DNA from: Candidatus Woesearchaeota archaeon
Lineage (GTDB): Archaea > Nanobdellota > Nanobdellia > Woesearchaeales > ARS49
DNA length: 64,000 nt
Reading direction: 5' to 3'
Assembly: GCA_019323015.1 (NCBI GenBank)
Contig: JAHWHY010000008.1
Span: forward strand, 225 to 64,224
The position numbers and the translations under genes were made by a program. Shown here one piece after another: positions 46,114 to 54,571 of this stretch (positions are counted from its first letter, which is position 1; every line of letters starts with the position of its first letter). The notes under the pieces were generated by a model. That model ran no database searches. It saw only the letters and a program-made list of their open reading frames with translations, and was not told where the DNA came from.

Positions 46114-46186
46114 TTGATTTTCACCTCAGTATTAAAGTAAAAGGCTTGCAAAATCTTTGATTTGGCAGTGTCTTTTACCTTCAATT

Positions 46187-47263
46187 TCATATTTTCATGC
46201 CTTCTTTCTGGTAGATATCAATGAATGACTTTAATGCGGATAATATCAATGGCCCTATTATGAATCCTGCAAAACCGAATAATTCCAGTCCGCCTATTAC
46301 GCCTAACAAGACAAAAACAGGGTGCAGTCCTGCCCTGTCTCCAATGAGTTTTGGCTTTAGTATGTTGTCTGCGCTTGAGATTATGAATGTTCCGTATAAT
46401 AATAACCCCACCCCGTGCCATATCAAGACGGTGTTTCCTTCTGACGAGCCTTTTGCAATCAGGTATAATGCTGCAGGTATCCAGATTATTGCTGTGCCGA
46501 CAAATGGCACAAGTGCAAAAAGTGCTATTATCATACCCCAGACATAAAAAGTCCCTATTCCAAACAGCCAGAAGCCCAGTGCTCCTAGTGCGCCCTGTAT
46601 CAGCGCAATGACTATTGAGCCGTACATTACTGCGTGGGTTGTCTCTTTTATTTTATATAATACCCTTGTCTTGTGGCTTCTCTTTAATGGCAAAAGGTCT
46701 TTGATTTTTTTAACAATTTCCGGGCCGTCCTTGAATAGATAGAATAGTATAAAGAATGTTATTACGATTTGAAGTATGATTCCTGGAAGAGAAAATATTA
46801 TCTGGGATGTTTTTTCTATTGCAGTTGTAGTGAATCTTCCCAGCATGTCCTGCAGGTAAAATTTCACTTCCGGGTCCTCTACCCATACTTTCAGGTATTC
46901 TGAGGACCTGCACAGCAGGTTGTCCTGGTTTGTGCAGTCTATGTCTATTATGTCGCCTGTAAGTATTTTCTGCTTTGCTCTTATGTACATGTATTGCGCC
47001 TCTGATGCAGATGACTGAAGCAGGAATGAAAAAGGAATCGTTATCAGCAGTATGACGAATATTGACACGATTAATGCGCAAATTGTCTTGTTCTTTATTT
47101 TCTTGTTTAATAGCTTGAACAATGGATAGAATATGTATGCTATGACTATGCTTGCCAGTATTGAGTTTATGAAAGGCTTGACTACAAGAAAGCTCAGGAA
47201 CACAAGTAGCAGAAACGCAGCCAAGAAAACATATTTTACTGTATTATTTTGTTTCTCACCCAT
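46187..47263 (-). CDS. AI-2E family transporter (PerM/UPF0118)
   Basis: A 358-aa protein with about 7-8 TM helices and the family-typical C-terminal half (...PFVGTAIIWIPAALYL...ILKPKLIGDRAGLHPVFVLLGVIGG...GFIIGPLIL). Confidence 0.75.
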   Translation of the reverse strand: MGEKQNNTVKYVFLAAFLLLVFLSFLVVKPFINSILASIVIAYIFYPLFKLLNKKIKNKTICALIVSIFVILLITIPFSFLLQSSASEAQYMYIRAKQKILTGDIIDIDCTNQDNLLCRSSEYLKVWVEDPEVKFYLQDMLGRFTTTAIEKTSQIIFSLPGIILQIVITFFILFYLFKDGPEIVKKIKDLLPLKRSHKTRVLYKIKETTHAVMYGSIVIALIQGALGALGFWLFGIGTFYVWGMIIALFALVPFVGTAIIWIPAALYLIAKGSSEGNTVLIWHGVGLLLYGTFIISSADNILKPKLIGDRAGLHPVFVLLGVIGGLELFGFAGFIIGPLILSALKSFIDIYQKEGMKI

Positions 47264-47305
47264 TTTTTAATTAATATATAGACTTAGTATTTATAAATGT
47301 TGTGA

Positions 47306-47399
47306 TGGGCCCGCCCGGAATCGAACCGGGGACCTCCTCGATTTTGAGTTATTTTTCATAACACGTCAACGAGACGTCATGCCGCTAGACCACGGGCCC
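47306..47399 (-). tRNA. tRNA-Val (anticodon GAC) with a 22-nt canonical BHB intron at 37/38
   Basis: Reverse-complement fold: GGGCCCG acceptor with CGGGCCC+A, D arm, anticodon stem TCTCG/CGAGG, loop TTGACG[intron]T, T arm CCCGG-TTCGATT-CCGGG. The intron is at about 47342-47363. The TTGA/TCAA helix is flanked by the 3-nt bulges CGT and AAT, with an inner hairpin GTTAT/ATAAC. Confidence 0.88.
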
Positions 47400-47482
47400 G
47401 TTAAGGCAATAAAATTAGAAGTAATTTATAAGGTTTATGCTACTATTTGCTTTTGTATTCTATTTAAGGCGTACATAAAAAT

Positions 47483-48400
47483 TTAAATGTTTTGCTTGAG
47501 CGTGAACAGTATTCCGCCGTTTCTTGCAGTGTCTTTTATTATCTGTGATGCTCCTAACAGCAGGATGTTTTCCTGGTTTTTTTTCTTTAATAGGTTTGGG
47601 AGCAGTTTGTTGTTTAGCTCGCCTTTGATGGTAGAAAGCCTGGGTATGTCTTTTATTTTCTTGTTGTAGTATGTGTCGTATAATAGCACGTAAAAATCGT
47701 GTGTTTTTTTCATGAATTCAATCTCGCTTTTTGTGATGTTCAGCTTGTTTTTTGCTGAAAGCTGTTCGTAGATGTATTCTATTGTGTTTGCTATGGATAT
47801 CAGTCTTGTTATTAGAACGTACATTCTTGCTGCTTTGAAGTCGTCAAACATTTTTCTCTTAAAGATTGTTCTTCTGCAGTAATCCCCGAATTGGTGTATG
47901 TTTTTTGTTATTCCTCTTATCTGTTCCGTGTTTTGCAGTTTATTTTTTTTGAGGTCTTCGCACAGCATCTCAAGAAGGTTTTTGTTCAGCAGGAAAACTT
48001 TTCTTAAAAGAACTGAGAATTCCTCGTTCATTACCGATGATAGGTTTTTAATTAGGCATCCTTTGTCTGACTGCTCGATTACATGAAACCCTATCAGTTC
48101 ATCCACTGCCTGGTTTATGTATTTTATGCTCTTGCTGTCAAAGAACTTGACATATATCTCATCGTGTCCTCCCAAGTAAACATTTCTTATTATTTGCCGG
48201 ATGTATATTGAGTTGTTGGACTCCAGCGTTATTTCTACTGCCTGGCCTTTTTTTGCTTTTGAGCCGGATACTATTAATTCATTGCCTGATTCCTCGACGT
48301 CAAGTTCGCTCTCTCCTGTCAGGCCCATTTGGTCTGCCCATTTTTTGGGAAGTGTCATAGTAAGGGTTCCGTTACCCTGTTTTATCACTTTTCGTTTCAT
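47483..48400 (-). CDS. AbrB/SpoVT-domain + PhoU-like regulator (paralog of 4537-5424)
   Basis: The N-terminus is MKRKVIKQGNGTLTMTLPKKWADQMGLTGESELDVEE. The helical PhoU-like remainder has the same architecture as 4537-5424. Confidence 0.7.
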   Translation of the reverse strand: MKRKVIKQGNGTLTMTLPKKWADQMGLTGESELDVEESGNELIVSGSKAKKGQAVEITLESNNSIYIRQIIRNVYLGGHDEIYVKFFDSKSIKYINQAVDELIGFHVIEQSDKGCLIKNLSSVMNEEFSVLLRKVFLLNKNLLEMLCEDLKKNKLQNTEQIRGITKNIHQFGDYCRRTIFKRKMFDDFKAARMYVLITRLISIANTIEYIYEQLSAKNKLNITKSEIEFMKKTHDFYVLLYDTYYNKKIKDIPRLSTIKGELNNKLLPNLLKKKNQENILLLGASQIIKDTARNGGILFTLKQNI

Positions 48401-48500
48401 ACGCCTTATAAAACAATCTAAGTATTTAAATTTTTTGATATATCAATATATCATTTATATTGCATAGATATATATTTTTCTTTCACCATATTATTGTAAA

Positions 48501-49061
48501 ATGGCAATAAAAGGAGTTTTTGTCCGGGCAATACCGAATAATGGGCCGACAGCAGGTTATCCTGAGCAGAACACGAAGATTCTTGAGGGTTTGAGGAAAA
48601 AATATGAGATAATAACTTATGAAAGTCTTGAGAATGCAGCATATCAAATGACGCATGATGACAAAAAAAGGTGCAGCGATGTTTCTTTCATGATAACAAA
48701 TATACCTTACACAGTGCAGACGCCGGTTGTTGCAGCAATCAAGGCAGAGAAGATTCGTGAAAGGCTAGAGAACCTTGTTGGAGAGGAAAGAAAGAAGGAA
48801 TGCAATAGGATATCTGAAGAGAATGAGTTCAATGCATACGAAGAGGCTTTTGAGTGCCTCAGGAAACTTAAGGAAGCCTTTCCTAAGATGAAAATTATTG
48901 CATACACTGCTGCCCATGATAATGTCAGAAGAAAGGTGTATGATGACAAATTGGTTTTTCGTGTGCACCAAAGAAACCACAGGTCCGGCCCTGTATGGGA
49001 AAAAGTTAATTTAATTCACGGTGTTGAATCAGCTCTTGAGGGCTGGCAGGGGTGTGAATGA
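48501..49061 (+). CDS. hypothetical protein; paralogous to the N-terminal domain of 50190-51425
   Basis: Shared strings are GVFV / GLFV, FMITNIPY / FLITNFPP, and YEEAFECLRKLKEAFPKMKIIAYTAA...VFRVHQR / YEQSFKSLGEIQANLPNLLVILYTGA...VEVLHRDR. Confidence 0.55.
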   Translation: MAIKGVFVRAIPNNGPTAGYPEQNTKILEGLRKKYEIITYESLENAAYQMTHDDKKRCSDVSFMITNIPYTVQTPVVAAIKAEKIRERLENLVGEERKKECNRISEENEFNAYEEAFECLRKLKEAFPKMKIIAYTAAHDNVRRKVYDDKLVFRVHQRNHRSGPVWEKVNLIHGVESALEGWQGCE

Positions 49062-49804
49062 TGCTTGAAAAAATTGTTAGAGGCGCAAGGAATTTTTTGC
49101 TTTTGGGTGCGCTGGCAGTTGCAGGCTGTTCTGCTTATGCGCCGATTGAAGGCACGAACATTCTTGATTCTAAAAAAACAAAAACTCAGGTCTGCATGCG
49201 GTCTGGCATTGATTATGTTGGTTGGACTCCGCACACGACCAGCGAGCAAAGAACTGTTCCGGTTCATCCTGCAGACGGCGGGGCATCAAGAGGCAAAATA
49301 ACAACGCAGAATTATTATGACTGCCCTTTTCGGCCAAGGCTGGGAATTGCTGGCTCTCTTGGAAATGATTCCTGCAGGATAAAGATAGGCCTTGACAACA
49401 TGTTCAATTTGGGAATCATGAATGGCGAAGAACAGGACCTGCCAAAACCGTATGAATCCTATGGATTCTCTACGTTCCATCCTGACTTGATTACTTTCAA
49501 GCCGTTTATTGGATTAGAAACTGAATTTCTTGATACACTGTTAATCAGTTTAGAGACTGGTATTACTTACTCCTCATTCAGGCTTTACAAAGGCCATTAC
49601 AGATGGGCGGATTATGAGAAAATAGAAAAATATTCTCTTGGTTATGGCCCTGGCATTTTTGCCGGTGCGGCTCTTGCCTTGAAGTTTGATGATGATATGT
49701 ATTTCGGCGCGCAGTTTGGTTTTGAGAATTATTTTATTGACGGCAGGCCAGATATACAATGCTACTCATTTTCGCTTTTGTTGAGAAAAACTTTCGGGGG
49801 ATAA
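49058..49804 (+). CDS. lipoprotein-like beta-rich protein
   Basis: The lipobox-like segment is LLLGALAVAGCSAY. The body is Gly/aromatic-rich with alternating patterns. It overlaps the upstream stop. Confidence 0.55.
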   Translation: MMLEKIVRGARNFLLLGALAVAGCSAYAPIEGTNILDSKKTKTQVCMRSGIDYVGWTPHTTSEQRTVPVHPADGGASRGKITTQNYYDCPFRPRLGIAGSLGNDSCRIKIGLDNMFNLGIMNGEEQDLPKPYESYGFSTFHPDLITFKPFIGLETEFLDTLLISLETGITYSSFRLYKGHYRWADYEKIEKYSLGYGPGIFAGAALALKFDDDMYFGAQFGFENYFIDGRPDIQCYSFSLLLRKTFGG

Positions 49805-49805
49805 T

Positions 49806-50168
49806 ATGGGATTGAGATTTAATGTGGAAAATGCGCGTGTTATGCTTGATGTTTTGTATGAGCCAGGTTATACTTTCAGGATTTCAGGCAGTTCTTTTGG
49901 CTCCTCAGGTGATGATGAAGAGGGTTTTTGGGTCTATTTCAGCAATGGAAAAGAGTCTATTGACATGATTGTTACTTATAGGGGTGAAGGGATTTATCTT
50001 GAGAGAACTCCGGGTTACAGGAGTCATGCAGAAGACCATCCTTTTCAGGAAAATCGTCCTGCGATTACTGGTGATCCGCAGTCTTTGCGGGATTTTTTTG
50101 AAAAGATGAAAAAGCTTCCAGGCTCTAGGCCTGGGGAGATTACAGATCTCGTGCATAGGTTTGATTAG
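49806..50168 (+). CDS. hypothetical protein
   Basis: A 120-aa ORF starting 1 nt after the upstream stop. No motif recognised. Confidence 0.5.
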   Translation: MGLRFNVENARVMLDVLYEPGYTFRISGSSFGSSGDDEEGFWVYFSNGKESIDMIVTYRGEGIYLERTPGYRSHAEDHPFQENRPAITGDPQSLRDFFEKMKKLPGSRPGEITDLVHRFD

Positions 50169-50189
50169 CTTTATTAATCAAGAAAGGCT

Positions 50190-51425
50190 ATGAAGGTTAA
50201 AATGAAGAAATATGGCTTGTTTGTTCATCCAGATGTGAATGATCCCAGCTTTGGCAATCCTAGTTTTGGAAGGCTTGAGCCTGGCGGCAGGATTGCCTGT
50301 TCTGAAGAAGGGCATACTCTTCAAAGATACTTGGATAACAGGAAAATAATTCAGGAACTGGGCAGGACTTGTGAGATGCGGTGGATGAATGATTTCTGGT
50401 ATGCTGCTTCAAGGATTATCCGGGGCGACCCTCTTGATAGGTTTGATTTTTTGATTACTAATTTTCCTCCGAGAAGGGATGCGCGGGAATTAAGTGTCAG
50501 GCGAGGCAATGAAATTAATGCACTCGCTAAAGGCAAGAGTCCTGAGGAAAGAAAAATGATATTTACTGATTTTAGCAGGAGTGATACTGATTTCACAGAT
50601 ATGCTTTACGAGCAGAGTTTTAAGTCTCTTGGCGAAATACAGGCAAACCTGCCTAATCTTTTGGTTATCTTGTATACTGGTGCGCCGGAGTATGTCAGAA
50701 GTAAGTGCAGGGATTTGGGTGTAGAGGTCCTGCATAGGGACAGGTATGGCCTTAATGTGGAACTTGGTGAATTAAAAAGGAATATTAGCAAAATACATTC
50801 CACACCCGAATTACTTGAAATGCTCCTGCAAAAAAAAGATATTCAATTTGCTGCTGAAGCGCTGGGTAATCGCAAGGATACAGGTGTTGTTCCTGATTTG
50901 ATTGAATTGCTGAATTCTTCTGGCTTGAGCCCGAAACAAAAGGAATATATTGCTCTTGCTTTGGGTGATATTGGTGATGTTCGTGCTGTTGATCCTCTTT
51001 ATGCGTTTTTAGATGATCCTGGCGGCTTGTTTATTGATTACAGCAGTGATTTTGGTGTTTGCAGGGCTCTTCGCAGTATTGGCCTGGACAAAGGAAGGGA
51101 ACAGGTTGTGCAGGGCGCTATTGCTTACTTGAACGAGAGAATAATGATTGACAAAAGGCATTTTAACTGGTATCATGCTGCTTATGTTCTTGGAGAGCTG
51201 CGTGCAGAGGAAGGAGTTGATATCCTTGTTGAGCTTATTTGTGAAGACCACCCCCACAGTGCCAAGTTTTTTGCGATAGATGCTCTTGGAAAGATTGCCT
51301 CTGATAAGGCAACAGAGGGATTGAGAGAGTGTGTCAAGAAGGGTTTTGGTGATGTTGTAAAGGAGAGAGTCTCTCAATACAAGTATTTGTTAAAAAGAAA
51401 TCCTGCTCTTCAGGAATTCAGGTAA
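50190..51425 (+). CDS. protein with an N-terminal domain paralogous to 48501-49061 and C-terminal HEAT-like (PBS-lyase-type) repeats
   Basis: AAEALGNRKDTGVVPDLIELLNS...ALALGDIGDVRAVDPLYAFLDD... and ...AIDALGKIASDKATEGL are HEAT_2-type repeats. The alternative start ATG 50202 cannot be excluded. Confidence 0.6.
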   Translation: MKVKMKKYGLFVHPDVNDPSFGNPSFGRLEPGGRIACSEEGHTLQRYLDNRKIIQELGRTCEMRWMNDFWYAASRIIRGDPLDRFDFLITNFPPRRDARELSVRRGNEINALAKGKSPEERKMIFTDFSRSDTDFTDMLYEQSFKSLGEIQANLPNLLVILYTGAPEYVRSKCRDLGVEVLHRDRYGLNVELGELKRNISKIHSTPELLEMLLQKKDIQFAAEALGNRKDTGVVPDLIELLNSSGLSPKQKEYIALALGDIGDVRAVDPLYAFLDDPGGLFIDYSSDFGVCRALRSIGLDKGREQVVQGAIAYLNERIMIDKRHFNWYHAAYVLGELRAEEGVDILVELICEDHPHSAKFFAIDALGKIASDKATEGLRECVKKGFGDVVKERVSQYKYLLKRNPALQEFR

Positions 51426-51849
51426 TTTTTAAATCATTACCCTGTTTCCGCTGTTTGATTCTGTTCTGTAGCGGATTATTCTTCTTACATTTGCTCTGGA
51501 AATATTTACAGGCAGCTTTGGCTTGTATTTCCTGCAGATATAGCTTCCTTCTGGCCCTTCTCTCTGCATTGGGCAAACTTGTTCTTTTAAACTGCAGGGC
51601 AGCTGCTCGCTTTCTCCTATTGTTTTCCTGACTAAGAATTTCTTTTCTTTTCCGTTTATGCAGTTGATTATGTCTTTTGCTAAGTTGATGTCGCCCATTG
51701 TAATCACTCGCCCCTAGAAATAGGCTGTCATTCTTTAAAAAGCTGATGACATATTTATAGAACAGCTTACCGGCTGCGCGGCGCAATAAATCGCCAGCTT
51801 TGTCGTACAGCTCTTGCAAGTCCTTTGTCTCTTCTTCTGCAGGCTTCAA
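51418..51849 (-). CDS. Lys/Arg-rich ORF lacking an ATG start; possibly the downstream half of a frameshifted gene
   Basis: The track start is TTG. The frame is open upstream to 51906 without an ATG. It overlaps ORF 51767-52147 by 83 nt in a different frame. Confidence 0.3.
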   Translation of the reverse strand: MKPAEEETKDLQELYDKAGDLLRRAAGKLFYKYVISFLKNDSLFLGASDYNGRHQLSKRHNQLHKRKRKEILSQENNRRKRAAALQFKRTSLPNAERRARRKLYLQEIQAKAACKYFQSKCKKNNPLQNRIKQRKQGNDLKIT

Positions 51850-52147
51850 GAGCTTTTTCTGCAGTGATAGAAGAATATCCTTTTGGTGACAGGCCGTGTT
51901 CTTCTCTTATTTCAGCTCCCCATTCATCACACAAGCCCCGGATAGAAGTTTGTTCTATGTGCTGATACACTTCTTCTCCCATGTTTCCAGCAAGTACTCT
52001 GCCCATAAGTCCTTGTATCTTGTCTCTTAGTAACTTTTTAGGAATACAGTGCAAATTCTCAACTTTTTTTCTTCTTGCATACAAATCTGCTTCTGTTAGT
52101 TTACAGTAAACAGGATCTTCTATCTTTTTATCAGGATTATTTGTCAT
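51767..52147 (-). CDS. hypothetical protein; possibly the upstream half of a frameshifted gene
   Basis: A 126-aa ORF preceded by a 19-codon mini-ORF (52149-52208). Its 3' end overlaps the 51418-51849 frame. Confidence 0.4.
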   Translation of the reverse strand: MTNNPDKKIEDPVYCKLTEADLYARRKKVENLHCIPKKLLRDKIQGLMGRVLAGNMGEEVYQHIEQTSIRGLCDEWGAEIREEHGLSPKGYSSITAEKALEACRRRDKGLARAVRQSWRFIAPRSR

Positions 52148-52198
52148 TTTAGCTCTTTACGGGTTCAATCCTAGCATCAACACCCTTATTAAATAACG

Positions 52199-52222
52199 TA
52201 TCATTCATTTTATCCCCCCTCA
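52199..52222 (-). repeat. left copy of a 24/25-nt direct repeat (SD + ATG AAT GAT leader)
   Basis: TATCATTCATTTTATCCCCCCTCA. On the minus strand this reads TGAGGGGGGATAAAATGAATGATA and starts the mini-ORF MNDTLFNKGVDARIEPVKS. Confidence 0.9.
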
Positions 52223-52426
52223 ACCAAACTAACAGGAAAATATGTTGGCTATTTAAATAATTTGCTGAAAAAATAAAATACTTTAAACAAAATTTTATAA
52301 ACTAAAGCATATTTATAGTGTATATCAGGAGGTTTTTGATGAATTTGCATTAAGAAGGATTTATTGCCTGTTTTCTGATGATTTAAACACGTAATTCAAG
52401 CAAATTTTTTTATTTGGCTGGTAAAA

Positions 52427-53407
52427 ATGAAAGAGATAACAATATTGAGCACTGAAATTAAGCCTGCAGGCGGCATGCCTTTTTCAAGTGTAGAGAATAA
52501 TGATTCTTTTGCGCATCTCTGTCAGATTGGAGAAGCTAATGGGATATATATTGTCGTGACTGGTTTTGAGAGTTATGAATCAGGTGTTGTTTCTGATGCA
52601 TGGGTGTATGAAACACATGGCTGGAACAGGACCGGCAGAAGACCTGTTGAGTTTATTTGGGACAGGTGCAATATCAGTAATAAACAAAGGCAAAAGCTTA
52701 ATGAAAACAAGGATATTCCTGTATTTAATCATTTCAGTTTAATGGCTTTGTGCAGGGATAAAAAGGCAAATAGTGATTTGTCTCCTGAATCTGTAATACC
52801 GACTGAAACAGTGAATGGGTCTATTGATGAAATTGTAGATAAAATAGAAAAAATCAGGAAAATGTCATTGCACCCGGATTTAGACCCTTGTAAGATTGTT
52901 TTAAAACCACGGTTTGAGTATTCAGGAAGAGGAATACTTGGCATCAAGGATGAAAATTATGAAAAATTAAAAGGTATTGAAAATCGAGATTATGTTATTC
53001 AGCCGTTTCTTGAAACTTCAACAGGAATCCGAGAGCTTGGAATAGAAGGCAGGCATGATCTGAGGATTATTGTTTTGAATGGCAGACCTTTGCTGTCCTA
53101 CGCGCGGTTGGCTAGGCAAGGGCATTTTATCAGCGGAGTCAGATATGGCGCAAAAGTAAAGTATGTCAAAATTGCAGATATTGGTTCGCAGTTTATGGAT
53201 GTTGTCTGCAGTATTGACGGCAAGTTGAATATTTTTAATCCAAGAATGTATTCTGTGGATTTGGGTAAAGGAAAAGAGCGAACCTGGATTTTTGAATTAA
53301 ATGGTTTTCCTTCTGTTGTGTGGGAGCCTGACGATACAAGGGATATACAAAATACTAAAAAAATGCATGAGAGAATAATCAAGACTCTTGCAGAATATCT
53401 TCAATGA
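52427..53407 (+). CDS. ATP-grasp enzyme (YheC/D- or RimK-like)
   Basis: IVLKPRFEYSGRGILGI, YVIQPFLE, HDLRIIVLNGRPL and WIFELNGFPS follow the ATP-grasp order: K-containing strand, Gly-rich loop, hinge, then E/N Mg-binding end. Confidence 0.6.
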   Translation: MKEITILSTEIKPAGGMPFSSVENNDSFAHLCQIGEANGIYIVVTGFESYESGVVSDAWVYETHGWNRTGRRPVEFIWDRCNISNKQRQKLNENKDIPVFNHFSLMALCRDKKANSDLSPESVIPTETVNGSIDEIVDKIEKIRKMSLHPDLDPCKIVLKPRFEYSGRGILGIKDENYEKLKGIENRDYVIQPFLETSTGIRELGIEGRHDLRIIVLNGRPLLSYARLARQGHFISGVRYGAKVKYVKIADIGSQFMDVVCSIDGKLNIFNPRMYSVDLGKGKERTWIFELNGFPSVVWEPDDTRDIQNTKKMHERIIKTLAEYLQ

Positions 53408-53537
53408 TGCTTTATTCTAACAGCATTTTTTCTACGCTTCTTATTTTCTGCAGGCAAATTATTTTTTCATTTCTGTTTATGAGAATATGCCTTTTAGAAA
53501 AAATTTGTTTAAAATAAATTAATAAAAATTGCTTTGC

Positions 53538-53960
53538 TTATTCATACAATGCGCGAACAGCATCATCTACAGACAATATTGTGGCTTTTACTTCTTCAAT
53601 ATTATCTTTGTTAAAGTCTCCAGATACAGTTACTCGGTGTTCTTCTGCTCCAAATTTATAAGGAGTTTCTTCGATGCGCTCTGATAATTCTATTGTTGTT
53701 TTTGCTCGTCTTTCAAATTCGCAGTCTTCTGGAAACAAGGCTTCAAAATAGAATGTTCCTTTTGCGCACGTGTCTGGGTCAAATTCCAGTGTCACGTTTG
53801 TTTCATCATTTTTTTCATTGAAATAAGTTGCTGGATTGTTTCCAACGCCCATAAATGCCCTTTGGTAAGTTGCACTCACGCAGTGCGACCGCAACATTAA
53901 CGGCAAAATTATATCATCACTTATTTTGCGGAAATTTTCTTTTCTTTCTTTATCATTCAT
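53538..53960 (-). CDS. hypothetical protein
   Basis: A 140-aa ORF (MNDKERKENF...). Its SD and first three codons lie in the right copy of the 24/25-nt repeat. Confidence 0.5.
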   Translation of the reverse strand: MNDKERKENFRKISDDIILPLMLRSHCVSATYQRAFMGVGNNPATYFNEKNDETNVTLEFDPDTCAKGTFYFEALFPEDCEFERRAKTTIELSERIEETPYKFGAEEHRVTVSGDFNKDNIEEVKATILSVDDAVRALYE

Positions 53961-53975
53961 TTTATCCCCCCCTCA
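53951..53975 (-). repeat. right copy of the 24/25-nt direct repeat
   Basis: TATCATTCATTTTATCCCCCCCTCA is identical to 52199-52222 except for one extra C in the C-run. Confidence 0.9.
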
Positions 53976-54173
53976 TAAAAAGGCATCTAACAATATATTC
54001 TTTTTAAAGTTTCGCAAGAAATATATACGCCCCAGCTGGACTCTGAGACTTGAAGTATAAAGCCCATCCCTGAGTTCTTATTTTTTAATTAAAATGGTAA
54101 AACAAGTATATAAACTTTGTTATTATGAAAAGTAGAGGATTTTAGGAGAAAATGGGGCCAAAAAACTTAAGAT

Positions 54174-54512
54174 TCAAACTTTCTCCTGCACCAGATACAG
54201 TAGAATAGGCAGAGCCTCTTTTTTCTTTTCCATATTCTTGATGGCTTTTTTCAGCTCTTCATAAGAGGCATAAAAACTCATTTTATAGCTGAACTTGGTT
54301 CTTCTCTGCCTGAGTTGAGGGAATTGCTTGACAAAATTCTTTCTTACTCTAATTGTATTCCAGCATCTAGCATTATTATCATAAGACATAACACCCTTGG
54401 CTTCAAGAGTATCATACCAAGGACGCAAGACCAACCCCATACTTACATTATATAAGAACTCCTTAATTAAATACACTCCATAGCCTATAAGAGGCCACGG
54501 GCCATGGCCCAT
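54174..54512 (-). CDS. hypothetical small protein (start uncertain: 54512, 54440 or 54389)
   Basis: A 112-aa maximal ORF. Its first ~24 codons overlap the operator-like repeats, so a downstream ATG may be the real start. Confidence 0.35.
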   Translation of the reverse strand: MGHGPWPLIGYGVYLIKEFLYNVSMGLVLRPWYDTLEAKGVMSYDNNARCWNTIRVRKNFVKQFPQLRQRRTKFSYKMSFYASYEELKKAIKNMEKKKEALPILLYLVQEKV

Positions 54513-54549
54513 AGCTTATAAGAGGACATGGAGAGTGTACGTTTATAAA
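54486..54549 (-). promoter_or_regulatory. promoter/operator copy A: TATA box plus two direct TATAAGAGG(C/A)CA(C/T)GG motifs
   Basis: TTTATAAA lies at 54542-54549. The motif copies are at 54486-54500 and 54517-54531. The block 54521-54549 matches 57974-58002 at 24 of 29 positions (hand alignment). Confidence 0.5.
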
Positions 54550-54571
54550 AAGAACTATTTTGATTAGTATT

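Noticed and set aside
45030-46117. Several plus-strand ORFs of 98-215 aa (45030-45677, 45176-45709, 45696-46004, 45809-46117)
   Set aside because: They are antisense shadows of the well-supported AMP phosphorylase gene. Their translations are Leu/Ser/Phe-rich low complexity without motifs.
52155-52180. GGGTTCAATCC string resembling a tRNA T-loop
   Set aside because: No complementary T stem, acceptor stem or anticodon arm can be drawn around it. It lies inside the mini-ORF/leader region.
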